Shown here: one piece after another, positions 37,233-46,078 of the stretch
How positions within the stretch are numbered: position 1 is the stretch's first letter
Layout: every line of letters starts with the position of its first letter
Source of the DNA: an uncultured Acidobacteriota bacterium
Lineage (GTDB): Bacteria > Acidobacteriota > Thermoanaerobaculia > UBA5066 > Gp7-AA6
NCBI GenBank assembly: GCA_963784935.1
Contig: CAWATD010000006.1
Location: 350,572-414,571 of the forward strand
Direction: 5' to 3'
DNA: 64,000 bases
Translations under genes and position numbers: made by a program
The notes under the pieces: model-generated
What the model saw: only the letters and a program-made list of their open reading frames with translations
Told to the model about the DNA's origin: nothing
Databases searched by the model: none

Positions 37233-38426
37233 ATGAAGTCGCTTCTCTTCAGTCTGATGTCGCGGCCGCCGCATCCGACGCGCGACGGCCTCGCGATTCG
37301 CAACTACCACCTCCTCGCGGCCCTGGCCGGGCACTTTCGCGTGCGGGCCTTTTCGCTGCTCGACCCGGAACGTGCCTACGGGGGAGGGGAGGTTCCTCGC
37401 GGCGTGGAGATCGAGTGGATTTCGCAGCCGCCCCGCCGGATGCGCCGGGCCTGGGCGGCGGCCGCGAGCCTGGCCGGCTCGGCCTCGTATTCCGAGCGCC
37501 TCTACCGGTCGCGGGACCTCTGCCGGCGCGTCGCCGCCCGTGCGGCCGCCGAACGTCCGTCCTGGGTCGTCGCACACTCGTACCACGTGGCGCCGCCGGC
37601 GCTCGAGGCCGGGGCGCCGGTCTGGATCGATTTTCACAACCTCGACTTCGAGATCTGGCGGCGCACCGGTGAAGGATCGAGGAGCGGCGCCGCGGCGTGG
37701 TTCGCGCGTCTGCAGGCGCCGCGCGTCCGGCGGCTCGAGGCGAGCCTGGCCCGCCGCGCCGCCGGGCTCTCGTGCGTCTCGCGGCGTGACGCCGGGGCGC
37801 TGCGCGCGCTCGGCGCGGCGGCCGAGCCGATGGTCGTCGCCAACGGCGTGGACCTCTCCCGTTACCGGATGCGGGCGCAGGTGCCGGAGGATGACCTCGT
37901 CTTCTTCGTCGGCGACCTCTCGTGGCCTCCCAACGCCGACGCCGTGCGATGGCTGCGACAGAAAGTGTGGCCGGAGTTGAAGCGCGCGAGGCCCTCGGCA
38001 CGCGTCGAGATCCTGGGGCGCGAGGCGCCGGCCGACCTGTTGCGTCTCGCGGCGCCGGACTGGGTGCTGCTCGGCGAAGGCGGCGACACGCGGCCGCACT
38101 GGGCGCGGGCCAGTGTGGCGGTCGTGCCGCTGGTCGCCGGAGGGGGAACGCGGCTGAAGATCCTCGAGGCGGCGGCCTCCGGGGTGCCCGTCGTCTCCAC
38201 ACCGATCGGAGCCGAGGGCCTCGAGTTCGCCGCCGAGACGGAGATCCTCCTGCGCGAAGACGCAGCCGGGTTCGCGGCGGCGGTGGCCGGGCTCCTGTCC
38301 GACCGGGCGGCGGCCCGAAGACAGGCGGTCGCCGCCCGCGCCCGGGTCGAGGCGTTGTACGACTGGGAGCGGATCGGCGAAGAATTTGCGCGCGAGCTCG
38401 AGCACCGCGCGGCCGGACGTCCATGA
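37233..38426 (+). CDS. glycosyltransferase family 4 (GT-B, group 1)
   Basis: 397 aa. C-terminal GGTRLKILEAAASGVPVVSTPIGAEGLEF (E-x7-E region). Confidence 0.8.
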   Translation: MKSLLFSLMSRPPHPTRDGLAIRNYHLLAALAGHFRVRAFSLLDPERAYGGGEVPRGVEIEWISQPPRRMRRAWAAAASLAGSASYSERLYRSRDLCRRVAARAAAERPSWVVAHSYHVAPPALEAGAPVWIDFHNLDFEIWRRTGEGSRSGAAAWFARLQAPRVRRLEASLARRAAGLSCVSRRDAGALRALGAAAEPMVVANGVDLSRYRMRAQVPEDDLVFFVGDLSWPPNADAVRWLRQKVWPELKRARPSARVEILGREAPADLLRLAAPDWVLLGEGGDTRPHWARASVAVVPLVAGGGTRLKILEAAASGVPVVSTPIGAEGLEFAAETEILLREDAAGFAAAVAGLLSDRAAARRQAVAARARVEALYDWERIGEEFARELEHRAAGRP

Positions 38427-39562
38427 CCGCTCTTGCCGCAGCCCTCGCCCTCGGCGCGCTCGTCCTGTTCGCGTGGTCGTATCTCGTCTATCCGCCGCTC
38501 ATCGTGCGCCGGGCGCGGGCGATCGGTCCGCCGTCCGAGCCCCCGCCGACCGCACCGTTGTCGGTGGACGTCGTTCTCTCGGCGGCCGACGAGGAGGCGG
38601 TCATCGCCGCGCGCGTCCGGAACCTGCTTTCCCTGGACGGCGGCGGGGACTATCGGATCGTGATCGGATGCGACGGCTGCCGGGACGGGACCGCCGAGCG
38701 GGCGCGTGAGGCAGGCGGAGCGCGGGTGCGCGTCGTCGAGTTTCCATCGCGGCGCGGCAAGGCCGCGGTCGTCAACGACCTCGTGCGCGACTCGACCGCG
38801 GACCTGCTCGTCTTCACCGACGCGAACACGCGCTTCGAGCCGGGCGCCGTCGAGGCCCTGGCGCGAGCCTTCGACGACGCGCAGGTGGGCGCGGCGTGCG
38901 GGCGGCTGATTTTCGAGAGGGCGCAGGGCGCGCGGGAGACGCCCGAGTCGGACTTCTGGGACCGCGAGACGCGGATGAAGGAGGCGGAGGGAGCCCTGGG
39001 GATCTGCCTCGGCGCCAACGGCGCGATCTACGCCGCGCGGCGCGCGCTCGTCCTGCCGCTGCCGGAAGACACGACGTCGATGGACGATTTCCTGATCCCG
39101 GTCCGCGTGGCGCGGGCCGGGCACCGGGTGGTCTTCGCGGGCGACGCCGTCGCCCGCGAAGACGCGGCGCGGGACGTCGCCGCCGAGGTTTCGCGGCGCC
39201 TTCGGATCGGGATCGGCGCCGGCCAGGTCCTGCGGCGCGAGCGGTGGCTGTACGCCGCGGGCGCGCACCCGCTGCTGACCCTGGCTTACCTGTCCCGCAA
39301 GGTCGCCCGATGGCTCGCGCCCCTGCTGGCGCTCGGTGCGGCGGTCGCCGCGCTCCTTTCCTCGGCGCTCCGGCCTTTCGGAGCGGCGGCGCTGGCTTTG
39401 GCGTTCCTCTTGCTCGGCGTCGCGCCGCTCAGGCCCCGCCTGGGAGGAGCGGCGGGGAGGCTCTATTATTTCGGCGTGTTGAACCTCGCGCTCGCCCTCG
39501 GCGTGGCCGCCGGACTCGCCGGCTACGCGCGTCCGGTCTGGGCGAGGACGGCGCGGTCCTGA
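38423..39562 (+). CDS. membrane-bound glycosyltransferase family 2
   Basis: ATGA overlap. N-terminal TM helix, DGCRDGT, FTDANTRF (DxD-like), GANGAIYAARR, and C-terminal TM helices. Confidence 0.85.
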   Translation: MTALAAALALGALVLFAWSYLVYPPLIVRRARAIGPPSEPPPTAPLSVDVVLSAADEEAVIAARVRNLLSLDGGGDYRIVIGCDGCRDGTAERAREAGGARVRVVEFPSRRGKAAVVNDLVRDSTADLLVFTDANTRFEPGAVEALARAFDDAQVGAACGRLIFERAQGARETPESDFWDRETRMKEAEGALGICLGANGAIYAARRALVLPLPEDTTSMDDFLIPVRVARAGHRVVFAGDAVAREDAARDVAAEVSRRLRIGIGAGQVLRRERWLYAAGAHPLLTLAYLSRKVARWLAPLLALGAAVAALLSSALRPFGAAALALAFLLLGVAPLRPRLGGAAGRLYYFGVLNLALALGVAAGLAGYARPVWARTARS

Positions 39563-40929
39563 TGGCGCGCCGCCGGCCCTCGGCCTTCCGCATCGTCGCG
39601 CTCGGAGGCGACCTCGCGATCGCGGTCGCGGCCCTGTACGCCGGTTTCTTCCTGCGCACGCACGTCGCGATTCCGGGCACGCTCGGCCTGCTGCCGGGCG
39701 GCAGCGTGCGCTTCACGTTCTGGAACATCGTGATCGTCGCCTCCGTCCAGGCCATGGCCCTCCGGCTCTTCGGCCTCTATGGGGACCACGAGCGATTCCG
39801 GGAGCCGCTCGGACGCCTGCTCTTGCCGGCGCTCTGCCTCGAGCTTCTGACGCTGGCTTCGGTCTACTTCCTGGCGCAGCCGTATTCCTTTCCGCGCTCC
39901 GTGCTGGTCCTCTATCTGCTCATCAACGGGTTTGCGCTCGCGATCTGGAGAACCGTGCTCGACCGCGTCTTCCCGCAGCCCCGGCGGCGCGCAGCGATCG
40001 TCGGCGGCGGTCCCGCCGCGGCGCTGATTGCCAACACCATCCGGCGCCATTCCTGGACGGGGGTCGAGCTCGTGGGGCTCATCGGGGAGGGCGACGGGGG
40101 ACCGGCGGATGTGCCGGTGCTCGGGCCCGTCGAGGATCTGCTATCGATCGTGGAAGCGCGGGAGATCGACGAGGTGATCCTGACGCCCGAGGCGTCCTGG
40201 TGGCGCGACGAAATCCCGGAGCGCATTCCTCCAGCATGGCGCGCGGACCTGCTCGTCTGGCCGTCGCCGTTCGAGACGATGATCGGGCGGCTGCGCTTCC
40301 GCATCGTCGGCGATCTCCCGCTGCTCGAGGCGCGCGTGCGGCCGCTCGACGGCGCCGGAGGCTTTCTGAAGCGGGCCTTCGACATCCTCGTTTCGTCGAC
40401 CGCGCTGCTCCTGCTGGCCCCGGGACTCGCCCTGGCGGCCGGGCTCGTCGCGGGCACGTCGCCGGGGGGCGTGTTCTACCGGCAGACGCGCGTGGGCCGG
40501 GACGGGAAACGCTTCGAGCTCTGGAAGCTGCGCACCATGAAGAAGGGCGCCGAGATCGAAACGGGGGCCGTGCTCGCCGTGCCGGACGACCCGCGCGTGA
40601 CGGTGATGGGCCGGGCCCTGCGCGGCGCGCGGATCGACGAGGTGCCGCAGCTCTGGAACGTATTGCGCGGTGACATGAGTCTCGTCGGCCCGAGACCGGA
40701 GCGGCCCGAGTTTGCACGGCGGTTTGAGAAGACCGTGTCCGGCTACGCGCTGCGCCATGCGGCCCGACCCGGCCTGACCGGCCTCGCGCAGGTTTCGGGC
40801 GAGTACTCGAGCGAGCCCGACATCAAGTTGCGCTACGATCTCGCGTACTTGAACAACTGGTCTCTTTTTCTCGATCTCGCGATCCTGCTCCGCACGCTGC
40901 CGGTCGTCCTGACGCGCCGTGGCATCTGA
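39562..40929 (+). CDS. polyprenyl glycosylphosphotransferase (bacterial sugar transferase, WbaP/EpsB-like initiating enzyme)
   Basis: Start overlaps the previous stop (TGATG). N-terminal TM helices. C-terminal KRAFDILVSS...RVGRDGKRFELWKLRTM...DEVPQLWNVLRGDMSLVGPRP. Confidence 0.9.
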   Translation: MARRRPSAFRIVALGGDLAIAVAALYAGFFLRTHVAIPGTLGLLPGGSVRFTFWNIVIVASVQAMALRLFGLYGDHERFREPLGRLLLPALCLELLTLASVYFLAQPYSFPRSVLVLYLLINGFALAIWRTVLDRVFPQPRRRAAIVGGGPAAALIANTIRRHSWTGVELVGLIGEGDGGPADVPVLGPVEDLLSIVEAREIDEVILTPEASWWRDEIPERIPPAWRADLLVWPSPFETMIGRLRFRIVGDLPLLEARVRPLDGAGGFLKRAFDILVSSTALLLLAPGLALAAGLVAGTSPGGVFYRQTRVGRDGKRFELWKLRTMKKGAEIETGAVLAVPDDPRVTVMGRALRGARIDEVPQLWNVLRGDMSLVGPRPERPEFARRFEKTVSGYALRHAARPGLTGLAQVSGEYSSEPDIKLRYDLAYLNNWSLFLDLAILLRTLPVVLTRRGI

Positions 40930-41674
40930 CGCACCGGGCGGCCGCAGGGTCGCGGTCGTGATGCCCGCCTACAACGCGGAGCAGACGCTCGAACGGACCT
41001 ACGCCGACGTGCCGAAAACCCACGTGGACGACGTCATCCTCGTCGACGACTGCTCCCGCGACCGCACCGTCGAGATCGCCAGGAAGCTCGGCATCCACGT
41101 CGTGGTCCACCCACTCAACCGCGGCTACGGGGGCAACCAGAAAACGTGCTACCGGACGGCGCTCGAACGGGGCGCCGACATCGTGATCATGGTCCACCCC
41201 GATCACCAGTACGATCCGACGGTCATCCCCCATCTGCTCGAGGGGCTGGCCGGAGGCAGCGACGCCGCGTTCGGCAGCCGCATGCTCGGAGGCCGGCCGA
41301 TCCAGGGCGGCATGCCCAAGTGGAAATACCTCGGCAACATCCTGCTGACGGCGATCGAGAACGCGACGTTCCTGATCTACCTGACGGAATACCACAGCGG
41401 ATTTCGGGCCTACACCCGCAAGTATCTCGAGGCCGTCAATCTCGAGGCCAATTCGGACGGCTTCGTCTTCGACACCGAGATCATCGCCCAGGGGATGGCC
41501 AAGGGTCTGCGCATCTGCGAGATCCCGATCGAGACGCGCTACTTCGACGAGGCCTCGCAGATCGCTTTCGGCCCCTCCGTGCGGTACGGCCTCGCGATCT
41601 TGAAGACCATGGTCCTGTACAAGCTCCACGTGTGGGGGATCTACTCGAGCCGGATCTTTCGCGACCGGAAGTGA
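40919..41674 (+). CDS. glycosyltransferase family 2 (DPM1-like, soluble)
   Basis: 251 aa, GTG start overlapping the upstream gene by 11 nt. Contains VVMPAYNAE, LVDDCSRD and HPDHQYDP. Confidence 0.85.
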   Translation: MASDAPGGRRVAVVMPAYNAEQTLERTYADVPKTHVDDVILVDDCSRDRTVEIARKLGIHVVVHPLNRGYGGNQKTCYRTALERGADIVIMVHPDHQYDPTVIPHLLEGLAGGSDAAFGSRMLGGRPIQGGMPKWKYLGNILLTAIENATFLIYLTEYHSGFRAYTRKYLEAVNLEANSDGFVFDTEIIAQGMAKGLRICEIPIETRYFDEASQIAFGPSVRYGLAILKTMVLYKLHVWGIYSSRIFRDRK

Positions 41675-41678
41675 CGTC

Positions 41679-42212
41679 CTACCTTCGTTCCTCCGGCGGC
41701 AGCCCCGGCGGCTCCGACAGTTTTCCCTGTCGCAGTTCTTCCGAAAGTCGCGCGATCTCGCCGAGGAGCGGGTCCTTCACGGCCGGGGGAAGCGACGCGA
41801 GGATCTCGGGGCTGATCCAGCCGGCCCGCAACTGGGCGGCCGCGGCGCTGTCGGTCCGGTGGGCCATGGCGTAGGCGCGCCCCAGGTTCAGATCGATCTC
41901 GGCGCGCTCCCCGGTGGCGAAGGCTTCGCGATAGAGCTCGAGGGCGCGCTCGGGCTGTCCGGTCAGGAGGCAGGCGGAACCGGCGAGCACCCAGGGCCGC
42001 GGGTCGTCGGGCAGGCTTCCGGTCGTCTGGAGCGCGAGCTCGCCCAACGCGGCGATGTTTCTCGTCGTTTCCGGATCGGAGCTCCGATCGAGCAGTGCCC
42101 GAAAGGCCGCAGTCGCGTAGCCGACGCGGCGCTCCGCGGCGTACCGCGAAAACTCGGGCCAGGCGAGCGCGGCGAGAATGGCGACGACGGCGGCCGCGCG
42201 CAGGATCCTCAC
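41679..42212 (-). CDS. membrane-anchored helical-repeat (TPR-like) protein
   Basis: GTG 42212 overlaps the stop of the upstream gene (GTGA). One TM helix followed by helical repeats. Confidence 0.5.
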   Translation of the reverse strand: MRILRAAAVVAILAALAWPEFSRYAAERRVGYATAAFRALLDRSSDPETTRNIAALGELALQTTGSLPDDPRPWVLAGSACLLTGQPERALELYREAFATGERAEIDLNLGRAYAMAHRTDSAAAAQLRAGWISPEILASLPPAVKDPLLGEIARLSEELRQGKLSEPPGLPPEERR

Positions 42213-43540
42213 GCCGTTTCTCCCGGAGGTTCGTCGCCCGAGATCCGCCACGCGCGGCCCGCCGCGAGCAGCAACGGGACGGCCGTCACCGGCCGTTGGA
42301 GGGGAAACCACGTCAGCGCCGCCGCGGCGCCCGCCGCGAGCACGGCGAGCAGGATCGCGGCCTCGGCCGTCCTGGTGCGCCAAGCCGTCCGTCCGACCGC
42401 GGCGAGGAGGCAGCCGACGACCCCGAGGACGAGGAGCCCGGCGGGCACGCCCGCGTCGCTGAACACCTGGAGGTAGTCGCAGTGCGCCTCGGCGTAGGAG
42501 CTCGTCAGGAGCGGGGCAACGAAGCGGCGGTGGGTGCGAATCTCGGCCGCGAGTCGGTGCGGCACGTATTCTGCCCCGAAGGTGCCGGGGCCGAAGCCCG
42601 TCAGCGGTCGCTCGCGCGTCATCTCGAGCGCCGCGGCCCAGGGCCCTCCGCGAAACGAAACGAGCGCATCCCAGTTTCCCATCCGCGCCGAACTTGCGAT
42701 CTCCCGGGCGCGGTCCCGGAGCGGAGCGTACGCGACGAATGCCAGGCCGACGGCAAGCAGCGCCGTCGCCATCGGAAGGGCCGCCCGCCGGCGGTACAGC
42801 ACGACGAGGAGAAAGGCAGCTCCCGCGAGCGCCGAGGTCATTGCGGTCAGGTTCAGGTTGACGACGAGGGCCGCCGCGAAGAGGCCGGCGGCGAGGCCAG
42901 ACGCGGTGCGGGCGCGGCGCTCGGGCGCCTTGAGGGCGAGGCCGAGGGCCAGCACACCCGCGAGCGCAAGCGTGATGGCGAGGTAGCCGACGTTACCCGC
43001 GTACGCGCCGGTGTTCTGCCGGTCACCGAACGTCTCGAGCAGGAAGGGCTGGAAGCGCCCGCGACTCTCGAGGATCGAGGTCATGGCATTGACCGCGGTC
43101 GCAGCGAGGAAGGCCCCGGTGAGCCAGACGCGACCCTTCTCGACGACGCGCGAGGCCCCGAGCGGGAGGAGCAGCGCGAACACGGCGACGGATCGCATGG
43201 CATCGAGTGACGGCCCCCGCCGCGGGGAAACGAACGACGCGACGAGCGCCATGCCGAGCGCTGCCGCCGTGAGCCACGCCGCGGCGCGCCGCTCGGGCGC
43301 TGCCTCGCGCCAGAGGCCCGCGGCCCCAGGCTGTCCGCGGCGCGAGAAGGCGAAGGCCGCGGCGACGGCTATCCCGATGAGCGCGATCAGCCGCTTGGGC
43401 GCGTCGAATGCCGCTGCGGCCCCGGTGTCGACGACGAGTGCGGTTCCCACCAGGACGGCGGCCAGGGCGGCCACGGCCCCGATCGTTCCGATGTCTGCGC
43501 GCGCCCGGCGCTCTGGTTCCTCGAGCTTCTTCCTGGCCAA
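42209..43540 (-). CDS. O-antigen ligase / polymerase family (Wzy_C-like) membrane protein
   Basis: 443 aa with about 11 TM helices and a large loop containing RGGPWAAALEM...GFGPGTF...AHCDYLQVFSDAG. Confidence 0.8.
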   Translation of the reverse strand: MARKKLEEPERRARADIGTIGAVAALAAVLVGTALVVDTGAAAAFDAPKRLIALIGIAVAAAFAFSRRGQPGAAGLWREAAPERRAAAWLTAAALGMALVASFVSPRRGPSLDAMRSVAVFALLLPLGASRVVEKGRVWLTGAFLAATAVNAMTSILESRGRFQPFLLETFGDRQNTGAYAGNVGYLAITLALAGVLALGLALKAPERRARTASGLAAGLFAAALVVNLNLTAMTSALAGAAFLLVVLYRRRAALPMATALLAVGLAFVAYAPLRDRAREIASSARMGNWDALVSFRGGPWAAALEMTRERPLTGFGPGTFGAEYVPHRLAAEIRTHRRFVAPLLTSSYAEAHCDYLQVFSDAGVPAGLLVLGVVGCLLAAVGRTAWRTRTAEAAILLAVLAAGAAAALTWFPLQRPVTAVPLLLAAGRAWRISGDEPPGETA

Positions 43541-43585
43541 GCGCAGGCGATGTTATGACGTTATGCTCACGCCGGGTGGCCTGAC

Positions 43586-45895
43586 GTGGACGAAGACGAA
43601 TCCGCGCGCGCGCGGCTGGTTTCGCTGCCGATGTGGGTGTACCGGCACCGGGTCCCGATCCTCGTCGGCTTCGGGAGCCTGTTGCTCGCCGGCGTGATCG
43701 CGCTCGGATACTTCACCACGCGCGTGGTGGCGCGCTTCGATGGCCGGCGATGGAATCTCCCGTCGCGGATCTACTCGGATCTCTACACCCTGCGCCCCGG
43801 GGACGCGGCCTCGATTCCGGTGCTCTGCGCCAAGCTCGGGCGGCTCTTCTACCAGGAGTCCGACGGGCCGCCGGAGCGGCCCGGGCACTTCCGGCGCGAG
43901 AAGGACGCCCTCGAGATCCACACCCGCGGCTTCCGGTACCCGGGGCGCACGTTCCCGGGCGCACGCGTCCGCATCGTGGTCGGGTCCGGCCGCGCGCGGG
44001 CGCTGACCGACGCGGCGGGAGACGCGGTGCCGGCGCTCAACCTGGAACCAGAACTGCTGGGGTCGGTGTTCGGAGCGGAACTCGAGGACCGGACGGTCAT
44101 CCGCCTCTCCGAGGCGCCGCAGTCGCTGGTCGACGCCATCCTCGTGACGGAGGACCGGGAGTTCTTCCGACACACCGGCGTTTCGGTGCGGCGCCTCTTC
44201 GGAGCCGTGTTCCGGACGCTGACGGGCGGCATGAAGCAGGGCGGCTCGACACTGACCCAGCAGCTCGTCAAGAACCTCTACCTCTCGCCCGAGCGCACTT
44301 TGCGCCGCAAGGCCACCGAGGCCGTGATGGCCGTGGTGCTCGACGCCCGTTACTCGAAGGACGAGATCCTCGAGGCGTACTTGAACGAGATCTACCTCGG
44401 ACGGCGGGGCGCGATCGCCGTGACGGGCGTCGGCGAGGCGGCGCGCTACTACTTCGGCGCGGAGGTCTCGGACCTCGACCTGGCCGAGTCCGCCACGCTG
44501 GCCGGAATGATCCGGGCGCCCAACGCGTATTCGCCGTTGCGCAATCCCGAGCGCGCGCGTCAGCGCCGCGACCTCGTCCTGCGCCTCATGCACGAGGAAG
44601 GGAAGGTCGACGAGGCCGCGATGCGCGCCGCGATGGCGGAGCCGATCACGCCCCGGACCCGCGTGGAGGACCGGACCCGCGCGCCGCATTTCGTCGATTT
44701 CGTCAAGGGCGAGCTCGCCGAGCGCTACGGCCAGCAGCTCCAGAGCGAAGGCCTCCAGGTCTACACGACCCTGGACGTGGATCTGCAGCAGGCCGGGCAG
44801 CGCGCCGTGACGCAGGGCCTCGAGAGTCTCGAGAAGGCGTACAGGCGCCTGACCTCGGCCTCGAGGGAGGCGCCGCTCCAGGGCGCGCTGATCGTGCTCG
44901 AGCCGCAGACCGGCGGCGTGCGCGCGCTCGTGGGAGGCCGCGACTACCGCCTCTCGCAGTTCAACCGCGTCACGCAGGCCCACCGCCAGCCGGGGAGTCT
45001 CTTCAAGCCGTTCGTCTACCTCGCGGCCTTCGCCCGCCGCGACATGGATCCTCCCGTGACGCCGGCGACGATCCTGATGGACTCGCCGATCACGGTCGAG
45101 TGGGGGCAGAAGACCGACGAGGAAACGTGGACGCCGCGCAACTATGACGGCGACTACCGAGGCCCGATGTCGGCGCGCCATGCGCTCGAGCGATCGATCA
45201 ACATCCCGACCGTGCGCGTCTCGCTGATGGCGGGCCTTCCGTTCGTGCTCGGCGCGGCCAGGGGTGCGGGCATCGGATCGCGGCTGCGCGGCTACCCCTC
45301 GGTCGCGCTCGGGGCCTTCGAGATCTCGCCGATGGAGATCGCGGGTGCCTACGCCGTCTTTGCCAACAGCGGCGTCCGCGTGGCACCGAACGCCATCGTC
45401 GGCGTCATGACCGGCGACGGGACCGTGCTCGACCGCAAGGCCGCGCCGCTTTCCCCGGCGCTCCCGGCCGACGCCGTCTTCCTCGTCAATTCCATCCTGA
45501 AGGGAGCGGTCGACCACGGCACCGCGGCCGGGGCGCGCGCGCGCGGCCTGGCCGGCGTGCTGGCAGGCAAGACCGGGACCACCAACGACGGGCGGGACGC
45601 GTGGTTCGTGGGTTTTTCACCGCGATTCCTCACGGCAGTCTGGGTCGGCTACGACGACAATCGCGGCCTGAACCTCTCCGGAACGCAGGCCGCGGTGCCC
45701 ATCTTCGCCGACTTCGCGCGTTCGGCACCGGCGCAGTTCTTCGCGGAGGACTTTCCGGTCCCCTCCGACATCGTGACGGCAACGATCGATCCGGAGACGG
45801 GATTTCTCGCCGCGCCCGGTTGCCCGCAGCCTGCGACCGAAAGCTTCATCGAGGGCACGGCGCCGACGACGGTGTGCCCGAGGCACGGTGGCTAG
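43586..45895 (+). CDS. class A penicillin-binding protein (PBP1A family: transglycosylase + transpeptidase)
   Basis: 769 aa. GT51 motifs EDREFFRHTG and GGSTLTQQLVKN; transpeptidase motifs SLFKP and KTGTTND. TAG stop lies inside a CTAG at 45892-45895. Confidence 0.92.
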   Translation: MDEDESARARLVSLPMWVYRHRVPILVGFGSLLLAGVIALGYFTTRVVARFDGRRWNLPSRIYSDLYTLRPGDAASIPVLCAKLGRLFYQESDGPPERPGHFRREKDALEIHTRGFRYPGRTFPGARVRIVVGSGRARALTDAAGDAVPALNLEPELLGSVFGAELEDRTVIRLSEAPQSLVDAILVTEDREFFRHTGVSVRRLFGAVFRTLTGGMKQGGSTLTQQLVKNLYLSPERTLRRKATEAVMAVVLDARYSKDEILEAYLNEIYLGRRGAIAVTGVGEAARYYFGAEVSDLDLAESATLAGMIRAPNAYSPLRNPERARQRRDLVLRLMHEEGKVDEAAMRAAMAEPITPRTRVEDRTRAPHFVDFVKGELAERYGQQLQSEGLQVYTTLDVDLQQAGQRAVTQGLESLEKAYRRLTSASREAPLQGALIVLEPQTGGVRALVGGRDYRLSQFNRVTQAHRQPGSLFKPFVYLAAFARRDMDPPVTPATILMDSPITVEWGQKTDEETWTPRNYDGDYRGPMSARHALERSINIPTVRVSLMAGLPFVLGAARGAGIGSRLRGYPSVALGAFEISPMEIAGAYAVFANSGVRVAPNAIVGVMTGDGTVLDRKAAPLSPALPADAVFLVNSILKGAVDHGTAAGARARGLAGVLAGKTGTTNDGRDAWFVGFSPRFLTAVWVGYDDNRGLNLSGTQAAVPIFADFARSAPAQFFAEDFPVPSDIVTATIDPETGFLAAPGCPQPATESFIEGTAPTTVCPRHGG

Positions 45896-46022
45896 CGTTC
45901 TGTCACCGAAGCGTTGATAGCGCCATGCGGCTTCTTACACCCACCGTGGCCCTCGCGCGTGGACCTTCTTGCATCTTTCGAGCGGAGAGATTGGCATCGT
46001 GACTTCGGTGACAGGACACTCG
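45892..46022 (+). repeat. copy B of the ~123-nt element (core 45896-46018), flanked by CTAG / CTCG
   Basis: Full-length hand alignment with copies A and C. Best terminal stem (16/17 pairs). The left CTAG contains the PBP stop codon. Confidence 0.85.
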
Positions 46023-46078
46023 ACGAGGCGGCCCGTCGACGGCCTGCGGTCTGATAAATTCACCGATTCGGTCATCTC

